Shown here: one piece after another, positions 38,819 through 52,348 of the stretch
How the letters are laid out: the number at the start of each line of letters is the position of its first letter
Numbering within the stretch: the first letter of the stretch is position 1
DNA from: the human T2T-CHM13v2.0 reference genome, Homo sapiens
DNA length: 64,000 nucleotides
Reading direction: 5' to 3' (one strand)
Assembly: GCF_009914755.1 (NCBI RefSeq)
Contig: NC_060926.1
The notes under the pieces: model-generated
The model's database searches: none
The model's input: the letters and a program-made list of their open reading frames with translations, nothing else
What the model was told of the DNA's origin: nothing
Position numbers and translations under genes: made by a program

Positions 38819-40464
38819 GGGAAGGTGAAGGGTGAGCCAGCACTTCACATAGCCAGAGAAAGATGAAGAGAGAGAGGGACGGGGGAGGTGCCACACACTT
38901 TTAAACAATCAGATCTCCTGAAAACTCACTATCAACAGAACAGTACCAAGGGGATGGTGCTAAACCATTCATGAGAAACCGTCTCTATGATCCAATCACC
39001 TCTCACCAGGCCCCACCTCCAACACTGGGGATTACAATTCAATATGAGATTTGGGTGGGGACACAGATCCAAACCACATCAACCTTCTACTCAACAACAG
39101 AAGAATACACATGTTTGTCAAGTGGTCACGGAACATAAACCATGGTAGGCCATATCCTGTGAGAATTGAAATGACAGAGTATACTATTTGACCAATATGG
39201 AATAAAACTGTAAGTCAATAAGAGATACACAATAGGAAGCTCTTTAAACAATTGAAAATTAAACAATCTACTTACATATAATCCATGGGTCAAAGAGAAA
39301 ATCTCAAAGGAAGTAAAAATAAGTAAAAATTAAAATACAACATATCAAAATTGGGGATATGCAGGCAAGCCAGTTCTGAGAGGGAGATGTATAACACTAA
39401 GTGTTCGCTTTAGAAAGTGGGAAGGTTTTAAATCAATAATCTAAATTCTTACTTAAAGCAACCAGAAAAGACGAGCAAAATAAACCCAAAGCAAGCAATA
39501 GGTAGGATAAAAAGATAAGAATAAAGAGCTATGAAACTGAATATAGGAAATGGAGAAATCAGTGAACCAAAAAGCTGATGAAAATTACCAGTAAAATTGA
39601 TAAACCTTTAGCAAGTAAATATTTTTTTAAAAAGACCCAAATCATCAATATCGTGATGAAAGTGAGAAATCAATAAATGTACTGCAGCTGTTAAAGGAAT
39701 CATAAGGGATTTTAAAAACACACAGAAACTCAACAACTGAAATAAAGTGGGCTCATTCCTTGAAAAACAGAAACTACTGCAGTTCACTTCTGGTGAAATA
39801 GATAACCTGAACAGCTTTAACCTCTTAAATTTAATTTGTATTTAACAACTCCCACCCAAAAATCTTCAGACCTAGATGGAGTTCCTGAAAAACACTAGCA
39901 AATGTTTAAAGAAGAATTAATGTAAATTTTATATAATCTCTTTCAGAATATAAAAGAAGCACACTTTCTAATTCTTCTTATGAGCCTCACTTATGAAAAC
40001 AACAGTCTGATATCACTCATGAACTTAGATGCAAAGACTCCATACAATATATTAGCAAAGCAAATCTACCCATGCATAAAATTACTGCACACTACAATCA
40101 AATCGTACATTTCCCAGGTATGCAAGGCTGGTTCAACACTCAAAAATCAATCCAGGTAATCCACCATATAAACAGACTGAAGAAAATATGTGGCTCTATG
40201 GAGTGATTTAGAAAAAGCATTTGACAAATCCCAACACCCATTCATTATAAAATTTCTCAGGCAATGACGATCCCTCAGGTTGGTGAAGAGCATCTGAGAA
40301 ATCCAGGGCTGGCATCGCATGTGATCATGAGAACCCAACGCATCCCCTCCAAGACCAAGATTGTGGCACGGCCATTGGTTCTCACCACTGTCCACAACTT
40401 GCTGAAAGTCCTGGCCTCTGCAATTAGTCAAGAAAAAAAAAATAAAAACACACAGATTGGAAAG

Positions 40465-41261
40465 TGTCATGGGCTGAATTATGTGCCCCCAAAATTCACA
40501 TTGTACTCCTACCCCCAGTACCTCAGCATGTGATTGTATTTGGAGATGGGGCTTGTCAGAGGTACACTGACCTCCCTCTACCACTTCCCTCCACCCCCAC
40601 ACTCACAAGGGAGGACTGTGTTGCAAGACTCCTAGTGGAGGTCTGGAACCACAGATGGAGCCACACCGTATATACACTGCCATTTTTCTATTTGATCCAT
40701 GATGGCTACTAAGTGACTTCTGGGAGGGAGGTGTATACCACATGGACATGCCAGACAAAGACACAATGCCTATCTCGGGAGGAGCAGAGAGGGACTGTGG
40801 GAGATTTCATCACACTGCTCAGAACAGCGCACAACCTAAAGCTTAGGAATTGTTTATTCTGGAATTGTTCATTTAATATTTTCCAACCATGGTTGGCCAC
40901 AGGTAAATGAATTCTGAGAAAGCAAAACTGAGAATAAGGGGGACTTTACTGCAGTAAGTAATTTAGATGGAGGTCATCAGGGTGGGCACTAACCCAGTAG
41001 ACTGGTGTCCTTATGTGAAGAGATTAGGATGCAGACAGACACAGAGGAAGGAAGATGTGAGGACACAGGGAAAAGACGGGGTCACAAGTCAAGGAGCAAG
41101 TCCTGAAACAGGTCCTTCCATTGCAGCCTGCAGAAGGACCATGCCTGCTGAGGCCTTGATCTAGGACCTCCAACCTCCATAACTCTGAGAAAATAAATTT
41201 CTGTTGTCTAAGCTGTCTAGAATGTAGTACTTGTGTATGACAGCCCTCGCAAACTAATGCA
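40465..41261 (+). mobile_element. MLT1B-like MaLR LTR split by MER44A
   Basis: tgtcatgggctgaattatgtgccccc...ccccagtacctcag; 3' gagaaaataaatttctgttg...caaactaatgca. Confidence 0.85.
40565..40951. mobile_element. MER44A (Tigger7 derivative)
   Basis: ggctactaagtgact, gagatttcatcacactgctcagaac, terminal ataagggggact. Confidence 0.8.
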
Positions 41262-43721
41262 GGAAGGAAAAATTAAAACTTTCTACTTGCAGATGGCATG
41301 ACTGTCTATGTGTGAAATCCCTAAGAATCTACAAAAAACCTGCTAGAACCCATAAGGGATTTTGGTAAGGTCACAGATACAAGTTCAACACACTAAAATC
41401 AATCACATTTCTATACAGTAACAATGAACATATGGAAGTGAAATTAAAAATACAAGAACATTTACACAATCACTACAAAAGTGGTATAATTGGTGTAAAT
41501 TTAATAAAACATGCACAACATCTGAATGCGGAATTACAAACTCCTGCTGAAAGAAATCAATGACCTAAATAAGTGAAAAACATATTGTTTATGGATAGGA
41601 AAGTTCAATAGCATAAATATGTCAATTATCCTAAAATGTTTCTCTATGTTTAATGCAATTCCTGTCAAAATCCCAGCAGGGTTTTTGTACATATAGACAA
41701 GCTAATTCTACCATAATATGGAAGGGCACAGACCCCGAGTTGACTGAAATGGTATTTGAAAGGAAGAACAAGGTGGGAGAAATCACTTTCTCAGATTTCA
41801 AGTCCTACCATGTAGCTGCATTAATGAAGACAGCATAGTATTGGTGCAGGACTACCCATGCACCTCAAAGGAATAGAACAGAGAAACTAGAAGTGACCAC
41901 ACAAATATGCTCAATGCTTTTCAACAAGGGGCAAAAGCCATGCATCAGAGGAAGACTCGCCTTTACAACGCAGAGAGTTGAAAATAAATCTAAATCTCAC
42001 ACTTTAAAAATTAACTCAAAATGAATCATGGACTCTTATGTAACAGGTAAGATTGTAAAACTTTTAGAAAAAAATAGGAGGAAATCTTTAATATCTAGGG
42101 GTAGGCAACGAGTTCTTAGACTTGACGTGAGAAACACAATTCATAAAAAAAGAGAAATTGGTAAATTGGACTCCAAATTGAAACTTTTTCTCTACAAAAG
42201 CCCTTGTTAGGAGGATGAAAAATAAGCTGCAGACTGAATGTTTGCAAACCACATACCCAACAAAGGTCTCAAATCTGCAATAGAAAAGGGCTGTCAAAAC
42301 CCAACAGAAAGGTAACACATGATCTAATTAGAGAATGGGCCAAAAACATGAACAGATATTTCATGGAGCAGGACAGACAGATGGCAAATAAACACGTGCG
42401 GTGATGTTCAAGTCCATCAGCCACCAGAGAAACACAAAGAGAAAGAACCATAATGAATCAGATGCTACTGTCCACCCATCTGAAAGCCCAAAAGAAGAGA
42501 GTGCCAACAGTCAATCTGCAGAGGGTGTGGTGAACCGATGGCTTACCCACGGCGGGTACGAGTCTCAGTGTTGCAGCCACCATGGAAGTAGATTGGCAGT
42601 TTCTTAGAACTACCATGGGACCCAGAATTGGCACTTATCACAGAGAAATAAAACAGCATGTTCACATAGAACCTGTACGTGAATGAATGCTTGTAGCAGG
42701 TTTGTTCTTCATAGCCCCAGACTGGAAACAGCCCTGACATCCTTTAATAGGAGGATGGTTAAATTGTGGTGTAACTGCACGGTGGATTCCTCAGCAAACC
42801 AAGAACAGACTCCTAACGCTGCAAAAGCCTAGGCGAATCTGCAGGGAATTGTCCTGAGTAAAAAAAGCCAATCCCAAGAGTCACATACCATATGACTGCA
42901 TTGATATAACACTCTTGAAACAGAAGATATACATATACATATACATATACACATATACATATATAATATGTAATGCTATATAGCATTATATAACAAAATT
43001 ATTGAGATGAAGTGTGATTGGTGGTTGCCAAAGGAGAGATCTTTGTGGCGACGGAGCTGTTCTTAATTCTATCAATGTCATTATCCTTGTTGTGATTTTG
43101 TACTTTAATTTTGCAGGATGTAACTATGGCAGAAACTGATAAAGCGTCCACCAGTTCTTTCTATACATATAATAGCATGCAAATCTACAATGATCTTAAT
43201 ATAAACTTTTATTTACAAAAAATGCATCAAATTTAACTAGAAAAGGAGCTAAAACCCAAGGAAAGTGAATACAGCAAACAACAGGGCTTGACAATATAAT
43301 GAATAACCTCAGAATTTAATGGCTGTCACAAATGTTAAAAAGTAACTAATAGGGATTTCAAAATCATTGTAGGCAATTTAACAGATTTGTCTTTGTTTTG
43401 TGACCAAATCCCACTGAAATGACAATAAAGAAATAAAACCCACGATAAAGAAGAAGATGAGAGAGATGAAATGTAAACAACAAAATACAGGAGGCAGGGA
43501 GATGGATGGAAGCGTGATGGCGGACGAAACACTCCAGGCAGAGCCAAAAGCCAGGCTACCGGCAGGGAAGGCTGGAATCAGCGTCTCCCCAAAGGCATCT
43601 CAAGAAAGGCCTGGGAGCAGGTCAATGCACCCGAGAATGCAGCTGAAGCTGAATACAGCAGAGAATGCCGCTGAAAATGCAGTGGAGGCTGCTCGAGTCT
43701 GTGGAATGCTGTATCTCCAAG

Positions 43722-44278
43722 TATAGTCTCCAACTAGCAGCAGGGCATCACCTGGGAATCCTTAGCAATGCACAGCATGGGTCCCGTGCTAAACCCCGAG
43801 TCAGAAACTCCAGAGGGTAGAGCCCAAAGCTTTGCACGTGCTTCTGAAGCTCCCTCAAGTCTGGGACCTGCTGCTGTGTGAGAAAATGTTCATGTCCCAG
43901 AGTTCCTTTCCCACCACAAAAGCCTGGCCACCAGCCCTGCCCACCTCAGCAGAAGCCTGGAGGCCCAGAAGTGCTTCTCAAACTTTCACGAGCATTGAGA
44001 TGCTTGTTAAAATGCAGCTTCCAATCTAACAGGTCTGTGAAACTAGAGACATGCATGGTTAATAAGCTCCCCGGGGACACCCCTGCATCCGTCTGAGTCT
44101 CACACTTCCAGTATCAAGGGTCAGGACAGTGGGTCACCTGGCGAGCTGTACAATCCGCCTGGGCCTGCATCCCACCCTGGAGGTTCCCCTTAATTGGCTT
44201 GGTGTGTGGCCTGAGTGTTGAGATTTTTAAAGCTCCTGTGTGATTTCAATGGGCTGTGGAGGTTGTGGACCTCTGAAG
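43722..44278. mobile_element. Cluster of three MER5-family (hAT-Charlie) elements
   Basis: gcatcacctgggaa...tcagaaactc (about 43722-43873); gtgcttctcaaactt...cttgttaaaatgcag (about 43968-44115); tcacctggcgagct...taattgg...tttttaaagctcc (about 44125-44278). Confidence 0.65.
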
Positions 44279-44689
44279 GAGATGGACTCCGGCACAGCTG
44301 AAGGTGAACATTCCGAACTGAAAGTGGAGAACGAGGGAAAGTTTATAAACTGAAAAGTGAAACCTGCACTCTCCTTTCCCCACTCAGCTTCCAGGCAGAA
44401 GCTAATATGATTACTCTGCAGGGCGAACTTGTCCAAACGAAAAGAAATAGCACACAGTACTTGCGTTCCAACCTGGTCAGGCAATGCGCTCCATCTGGGC
44501 ATGCGCACAAATTGGTAAAGTAAAACATTAACCAGGCAATTAATTTTTAGTTAGAAATTGTAAAGGTTAGATATAATTGTTTCCAGAAAATCCCCCCAAA
44601 TATCTGGGAATCAAGAAGTATGCAAGGTTCATGATTGTGTAAAATTATAAGCTTCAGAACATAAAAGTCAAGCCTAACTAAAGAGACAA

Positions 44690-44885
44690 CCTTACTAGGT
44701 AGATGAATTCACCATTTTAAAGCTGTCAATTCTTTCCAGATTGCACTACTAAATCAATTAAATTGAAACTATCAAATCTATTCATTAAAAATTTCAATTC
44801 TCCAATAGGATTTTTTAATGAAACTTGATTCTAAAATTTATGTGAAATATGCACAAGTGTAGACAATAATGTTTTCACATAAATG
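44690..44885 (+). mobile_element. Old L1M ORF2 fragment
   Basis: aaagctgtcaattctttccagattg...ttgattctaaaattttatgtgaaat. Confidence 0.5.
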
Positions 44886-46706
44886 AAAGGGTGCTCCCTG
44901 CTCCCAGGTGGAGCAAGGAGGGAACTTTCTGGGGTGACCATCTCTGACCTTCCAGAGTGCTCTGGGTCTGTCCCTCCACCACGTTGTCTCAAAGCCCATT
45001 GGCACCTGCAATGAGGGGAGGCAGCTCAAAGCACCCACAGATGAGCTCAGGTCAGGACTTTGCCTCCGGAGCTCAGAATGTATTCTTCTACATTTGCAAT
45101 AAAAATAGTCACACAGCCAAGACACATGCAATGTGAGGGTCACCACGGTCTCTCCCTGGAGACACTAAGTTTAAATCCTGAGTTTATTGAACTCATATAC
45201 AGCTAGTACGAGGTATTATCCTTTAAATTATTTATCAGCATCAGGTCAATATAGGCTGATGAGTTTAATGCCATGATGAAGAAAGTCTTGCTGATGAGTC
45301 CACGGCATTCCGAGACTTTACCGAAGACCCTGAATCGGCCCTGCCGTTAGGACTCTATCTCACGATACATCTTTTGCTGATTAACTCTGGTTATTTTTTT
45401 AAACTTAAATTAACATTTCCAATCTTATTTTTCCCTTTTATGTATCTCTTTGGTCTGATTTTTTTGTTCCTGTTAAATGTATGCTATTATTTCTAAAACT
45501 ATAAGACATCCACCTTGAAGCTTGAGAGCAGCTGTAACAATCTGATGTTTCCCATAATGACCAGTTTTGTGGATTCTTAGCATTTTTCACCTAAAAATTT
45601 AGTATAAGAAAATTATCTTGTAAAAAATAGAGAACACAGCATATGTGAAAAGCCAGAACAGTTCCCATAGCCAGCGGATACTCAAGGACTATACAGAATA
45701 CATTTCCAAAACCAGATCACCAATTTTTTAAAAATTATCTTCATATGTTAATAAATTATGAGGTATCACAAACCACAAGAAGATAGCCAAGACAGTCACA
45801 TAAACCTATCAACTGTTAGTACTAAGTATGTTGGATTCCCGTTAGGAAAATAGAAACAGGTATTTCCACAGAAAGGATTCGATGCAGGCAAACAGACACA
45901 GAGCCTTGCAGAGCCTAGAGGCTCAGCGGGGAATCATTCAGAGCAGGGGCTCAGACCCGCAAGGAGGGAGGGCGGCCGGGTACACCTGAAGCCAGCGGTT
46001 CTCTGAGTCGGAGCCTTTATGGACAAATCTGACGGGGACACCAGGGCGTTCCTCCTCACCTCCTTCCGGTGCCTGCACGGAAGCACCTCTGAGGAGCCCG
46101 GCTGGGAAATGGCGGAGCCCCACGTCCTGGAGCAGGGGAGGGAGGAGCGCGGGGCAGGGAGCTGGTGCTGAAAGATGGCCCAGCCACTGGCAGGAAGAAC
46201 CCTGGGTTCCTCCTGGAAGTGGGGGCTCTGCTCCAGCCCCTTCAGCTCCCACCCCTGCTGCTGGAATCCCAGGCCCTCTGCCTCCCAGCATTTACCTGCT
46301 ACCTGCTGCTTTCCTTCGGAAGTTAAAAAACTTACTTATTTTTTCCTTTATGTCCTGAAATTCCCTGATTGTTTCAATCCGAGTCCTTTTTATTCTTTAT
46401 TGAAGGCATTGGAGGGTCTTTTAAATCTGGAAATGTGTGGCCTTTAGTCCTGGGAACCTTTTTGCTTTTAAGTTTTCTGTAAAAACAGTTCCCTTCCCAT
46501 CCTGGGCTTCCTGTGTTCTTTCCTTCTGGATTCTGTTATTTAAATATTGAGCTTCCTGAACAGGTATCTAATTTTCTTATTTTTTTCTCTTACAGTTTTT
46601 ATTTCTTTACCTATTTTTCCTATTTCCAGAAGAACTCGTCAACTTTATTTTCTAATCTTTTTGTTGATTTTTATTTCATTTCTACTATTATGTTTTTAGT
46701 TTTAGG

Positions 46707-46873
46707 TAGAGTTGCCAGATTTAGCAAATAAAAATACAGAATGCCCACTTAAATCTGAATTTCAGAAAATCAACAAATAATTCTTAGCTTTTGCGTAAGT
46801 ACGGCCAATTATTGTATGGGGCATACTTATACTATAAAAATTATCTGTTGATTAAAGGCACAAATTCAACTTG
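46707..46873. mobile_element. MER53 palindromic MITE, 3' TIR lost
   Basis: tagagttgccagatttagcaaataaaaatacag...catacttatacta. Confidence 0.85.
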
Positions 46874-47964
46874 GTTTAGTTTTATGAAGTTTTAAGTTGG
46901 TTAGTTTTAGTTTTAAGTCGGTTTACTTTTAAAATGACTTTTTGTTGTTTCCTCAGACTTCTTGTTTCAGATGTGCAATGTTCATTTCTATCTAGATGAG
47001 GATATTATTATGATTTCACTTTTTGAAGCCTTTTTGTTCCTGCTCTCTTTACTCTTCCTATTTCTGCTGAAAATTTTTTTCTGTTGATCTATTTTGTTTA
47101 TTTTAGAGGTATTTTTCTAACACCTGGTTATCATGTTACAGAGTAAGGCTATGAAAATTATGACCACCAGCTCACTGTGGGGTTTGTGCACTATACGCTT
47201 AGATGCTCCTGTGGGACCCACCTTTTTTTTGAGAACCCTAATAGTCAGTATGTTTTCGAGAAACGTTCCCACTCCAGATACTCTCACTCTCCTGTTGCTG
47301 TGTGTGGGTGCTGGGGGCCAGGTTGGCTACCTCTCTGGCTGATAGCTTTCTAGATGCAGAGAATAGGAGAGGAACCCATGACCTTAGCATTCTGAATTTA
47401 GGACTTTACCTGTTCCCAAAGTTTGTGCACTGCAGATCGCCTCAGCCCTTAGCCATGCCAAGCATTTGACTGGAATCTCTCTGGTTGAGTCTCTCCAAAG
47501 GAAACTTCCTGACATCGGTTGGAATAGAGAAGAGACAGGAGTCTCTATTCTGCTTTTGAAGATTCAACCATTATTTCTATTTTTTGCCTGACTTTACATT
47601 GTGATTTCAAGGGTAATTGCTGCTTCTAGTTTTAAGATTTTGAGATTTTCTGTGTGGGAAAGATAGATGCCATTGAATAAGATTTAGTTTAACTTAACAA
47701 CTTTATAAAACAAAGAGAATTACAAATACCAAATAAGGAAATCATACAAACCTGAAAAAAGTAGTATAACTCAATTGAACTATTAGAAAATGTGAAAAAC
47801 ATAAAGTTTATTATGATGTTTTACACTCGTTTCAAGTAATGCAACATGTCACACATTTAGGAATTTTGACACAACTAATTGCATCAGGTCCACTTTTTAT
47901 ACCATCTTTATAATCAACTTAGTTTATTTTTCACTACATAGGCATGCATTATGGGGTGGGGGCA

Positions 47965-48345
47965 TGCATTAGTCTGTTCTCGCACTGCTATAAAGTACTA
48001 CCTGAGACTGGGTAATTTAGAAGGAAAAGAGGTTTAATTGACTCACAGTTCCACAGGCTGCACAGGAAGCATGGCTGGGGAGGCCTCGGGAAACTTACAA
48101 TCATGGCAGAAGGCGAGGGAAGCAGGAACATCTCACATGGTGGGGCAGGAGGAAGAGAGCAAAGCGAGAGGTGCTACACATTTTGAAAGAAGCAGATCTT
48201 GTGAGAACTCACTGATTGTCAGCAGAACAGCAAGGGGGATGTCCACACCCATGATCCAATCACCTCCCACCAGGCCCTGCCTCCAACACTGGGGATAACA
48301 ATTCAACATGAGATTTGGGTGGGGACACAGAACCAAACCATGTCA
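47965..48345 (-). mobile_element. MSTA/THE1D-type MaLR solo LTR
   Basis: Complete ends tgcattagtc / aaaccatgtca; perfect TSD GGGCA at 47960 and 48346. Confidence 0.9.
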
Positions 48346-50080
48346 GGGCATAAACCAACCATAATTTACACCTGAGAGAAAATATATAGTGGCGCAGTGA
48401 GAAATGGCCTGGAAGTTAGTGTTGGCCACTTTGCCACCAACTCTTAACCTTAAAAACTTAGTTTATCTGAATTAAACAGGAGGATAATGCATCATTATCA
48501 GTTCCCAAGATATTCAATGATTTCAAGTGATAAAAAGGAACGTTGTGTCAATATTAGAACAGTTTATTGGCATGAGCAAACTTCAGTTATGATGGGTTTA
48601 TTATTTTTGTTTCATTATTATGAAAACCTGCACCAAAAACTACCCAGATAGCAAGTGGACCGTGGCAACTGGGGGCTGAATGAGAGCCAATCTTGTGGAT
48701 ACAGGTCACACACGCATGAGTGTGTGTCGCTTTATTTTTGTAAGGTCCAGTGAGGCCAGAAAAAGTTTTATACCTTCTATGCATGCATTGAAGAGGTGGT
48801 GGAATAATGTGAACATGTCTTGGAAGAGGGGATGCCGTTTCCTGGGTCAGGCACTGGAGCTGGTGTGGATGTCTGCCCCGGGTTCCAGGAGGACTTCTCA
48901 CCTGCGTTAATGCCGGTCCCCCACCAGGAATGAGCAAGTCTCCGGGGCCTACATCACAGAGACTAAAATCAAATCACAGCCACCCAGAGACACGCTTCCC
49001 ATGCGTGGCAGAGGGGAACAGATACTGATTCAAAGTTCCTGTAACTTGATTTTTCATAGAAATGGAAAAAGACGTGGTCACTGTGTCATTTTTGTGACCA
49101 TGAAGATGCACAAGCTTTCTGGGAAGGGGCTCAATGTGCAAAGGCCCCACAGACCATGTCCCAGTGCATCAGGGTGAGGACGTGGGGCTGGGGCAGACCT
49201 TTCTCACACTGCTCTAACCACTCATGTCCTGGTTTTGTGGATAGAAGAGGTATTTGCAAGTTCAATCGAGCCACACGTAGGACCATACACGGAAGTGAAC
49301 CGTGTGAGGAATGTGTGTGGGAGAGTTCGCGTGAAGTCTGCGTGCACAAGGCAGCGGCGGCCTGCTCTCGGAATCTGGTAATGAGCCCGACTTGGCACCA
49401 CATCTGCTGAGACTGCAGGCGCTTCATGGCGCGTGTCCTGGGGGTTCACAGTGCGAACCCGAAGGGTGGTTTCCACTTGGGAGCACTCATTATGCTTTCA
49501 AAACATGAATTTTCTATAAAGCAGATATAAGATATTGAGCTCAAAGTTATGGAGAACTAAAGATGGAGAAAATAAGTCTCTATGACTGGAGAGTTTTAAA
49601 GAACTAAATTTTCATGGGTTTGAGAATGTGTTAGAAGTGAAAAGCTCAGTGTAACTAGTCCTAATCATCATCATCATCATAATAGTAAAATAAGGAGTGA
49701 CAATATTCCCGGAAGGAATTGACCAGAGCCGTTGACATTCCCGTGCCTACAGAACCTAATATTTGGACATTAGCTAATGATGAATAATAACAAAGAAAGT
49801 GCAAAGCTACTAACCGAAAATTTAATGTGTTAATTTATTTGTCTAGATCTGTTATTTTTCTCTATGAATATTTCATTTCTGAGGGCCTCTCGGAATTATG
49901 ATAATGTAATGCAAATTAATAAAATATGATCAGAGTCTACATCAAGTCCAGCGAGAGTAGGAGAGAGGAAGTTTAAAACAAAGTCTCCCAAAATGGAGGT
50001 GACACTAAGATCTTCTCAATTGGGAATTTGCTGATAAGTTCACTGTCATGCTTTGCTTTGAGTAACTTCACCCTTTATAT

Positions 50081-50627
50081 TGAGAAATAAAACCGAAATC
50101 CTAAGCCCCCAGCTGACTGAACAGATTTCCTCTTGGGCCAGGGATCCCCAAGCAACCCTGGCAGCTGAACTCAGAGCCATAAGGCAGGGGCAACAGGACA
50201 CACCCCATTATATCCATCCCTCACTAACAGTCCTTAGATTTTCTTCCCCAAGGGCTGAGCAGAAACAGCCTTTTCAAGTCTGGCTGATCTTCCCAGATAC
50301 AGAGCAAAGGAAACAAGGTTAACCCTCCTTCTGCCCCGAGACCTGGGCTTCCTCTATTCCCCTTTTCCTCAAATGTTCACCTTCTCTTAGGTCAAACGTA
50401 GACTGGCGGGCACTAGCTAAAGACTCACAAGTATGTACTCATTTGTTTCACTGTTGCCCCCACTTCTTTTTCTGAGGAAAATGTATGAATACCAAGTCTC
50501 CTAAGAACCTCTCTGCAAAAACGGCAGTGGATGCTTCTGTGATGCAGATTTCCTGGGCACACTCTCCCGCTGGCTCAATGAACGTTGGTGATTTGAGACG
50601 TACAGCTGTCACTCATTTGGGTCATCA
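50081..50627 (+). mobile_element. MER4-group ERV1 solo LTR
   Basis: Starts tgagaaataaaaccgaaatcctaagcccccagctgactgaac; ends cactcatttgggtcatca. Confidence 0.75.
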
Positions 50628-50944
50628 GTGTCACCATTTATTAGGTCCACGCACAGCAGGTCAAGTTCTCTTCCACGGTACATCTTGCAAAATCTGGAAG
50701 CTGATGGAAGTTTCACTGTCCCCTCCAGGCAGGCGTGGAGGCTTCATCCAGAGACACCACCTTCGGTCTCTGGCCCGCCTGCCCCCAGCCTCCTCTTTTG
50801 CCAGTGTGATTTCAGGAAAGTCCTTCTGAATAGAACATTTCATGTCTGGAAAGTAAAAATGATGATAAAGCCATGAGGTTTCTTTCTTGGAGCCTGCACT
50901 TCAGCTGCTGAGGCTTAAGACACTGCCCTGTTGGCAGCTGGGTA

Positions 50945-51224
50945 CGGCATCTCACCAGCAGTGCTGGACACCAACAGGTGCTCTGTGTGCAGCCGGCATC
51001 TCACCGGCTGTGCTGGACACCAACAGGTGCTGTGTGCGGCCAACATCTCACCAGCTGTGCCGGAAACCGACAGGTGCTGTGTGCAGCCGGCATCTCACCG
51101 ACTGTGCTGGACACCCATAGGTGCTGTGCGGCCCACATCTCATCGACTGTGCTGGGCACTGACAGGTAATGTGTGGGTGGCGTTTTGCTGGCTGTGCTGG
51201 ACACCAACAGGTGCTGTGTGGCCC
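50945..51224. repeat. About 47-bp minisatellite (45-49), about 6 copies
   Basis: catctca at 50948, 50997, 51044, 51091 and 51136, plus a diverged last unit. Confidence 0.93.
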
Positions 51225-52348
51225 TGCTGTGCCTGTCTCAAGTCCAATGAGAGTGGGAGACCTATTCAGCAGCAGTTTTTAGAAACCAAATGGCAGGGTT
51301 TCTGCTGCCCCATATTAACTGCCATCTTCCTAGGCGCACCCCACTGTGCCCGCTGGTTCAGGTCGGTCAGGTCTCGGTTCTGCCACTTAGATTCTTACTT
51401 TTCCTAAATTTCTGTAAGTTTCAGATTTGATGAGTGTCATCATTTCCTCATTCAAGGCACTCATTCATAAACAAATACATGGCAGGCATCTGGACAGAGA
51501 ACTTACCTTTTTGGAGGCATTGTCTAAATTTAGTCATTAGGTCAGCGGGAACATGATAAGACTTCAGCAAGACATGAAGTATGTGAAGAAATGGCAAAGA
51601 CTTTTATTTTCTACTGAGAAACTTTTAATTTATAATTACATCAATTAATTTGCAGCAATGTTTTTGAATATTGTAACTCAGTTATGAGATTGCCTAATGC
51701 ACTACAATGTGGCTCATGCATCTTCATCTTTTTTGGAATGACAGAATCGCAGCAGTGGGGCCCTATTTACAGAGCTCTGTGGGCCGCCTCCCTGCAGCCT
51801 GTTCTTCTGGGAGCAGCTGCCCAGCCGGGGCCACCGTTCACAGCCCTGCTTGCATCCAGCGATCCATGAGACTGATGCTCTCTGAAGAAAGGAGTGACGT
51901 CTGTTATATCCAGTTCAGAAGAGTTGAGAAGCAGCTGTGGCTTCCTTATGGTCTCTCCTTTTCTCTTCCTGCTGGTCACACAGGCATGATCTGGGGTAAG
52001 CCTGTAGCTCCTAGCATACGTGGGACATGCATCCTGACTGTCAGGACAGCAAGAAATATGCACCTGTGGTTTCAAGCCACTGTGATTGGGGCTGTGGACC
52101 AGGCACATGCAACCTCCCCTCACCCTGGAAGACCAGTAAGTGTGTCTGTGTGAGCGCACGTGGAACCGCATTCGTTCTGGTTCTGCTGTATGATGACAAT
52201 GACCGTGGCGCTCACCCTGCGTTTGCCAACCTTCACCGTGCGTTTGATGTTCAAAAGCTCCCTGTGGGGCAGATGCCACCAGCAGTGGTCCTGAGGCGAC
52301 TCTCCCCGGGGGCAAAGCCACTGACAGGGAGTGAGGAGGAGCCCAGAC

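Larger units (their letters stand above)
38170..39081 (-). mobile_element. MSTA-like MaLR solo LTR split by MLT2A
   Basis: tgtattagtc...gggatggtgctaaaccattcatgag...aaaccacatca; perfect TSD ACCTT at 38165 and 39082. Confidence 0.9.
36380..43222 (+). mobile_element. Degenerate near-full-length L1MC (L1MC1-like) with nested insertions; the 5' region may extend to about 35200
   Basis: ORF1 relic (36400-36610). Endonuclease start gtgaatggcctaaatacaccaatcaaaag (about 37507). RT-region relic gaaaaagcatttgacaaatcccaacaccca. L1MC 3' UTR aaaaagccaatccca...gtggttgcca...aatctacaatga. Confidence 0.8.

Noticed and set aside
37500-42300. L1 ORF2 as a functional CDS
   Set aside because: Many stops, frameshifts and nested insertions; a fossil
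44425-44434. p53 half-site GAACTTGTCC and a nearby NRF1-like gcatgcgca
   Set aside because: Single half-sites occur by chance
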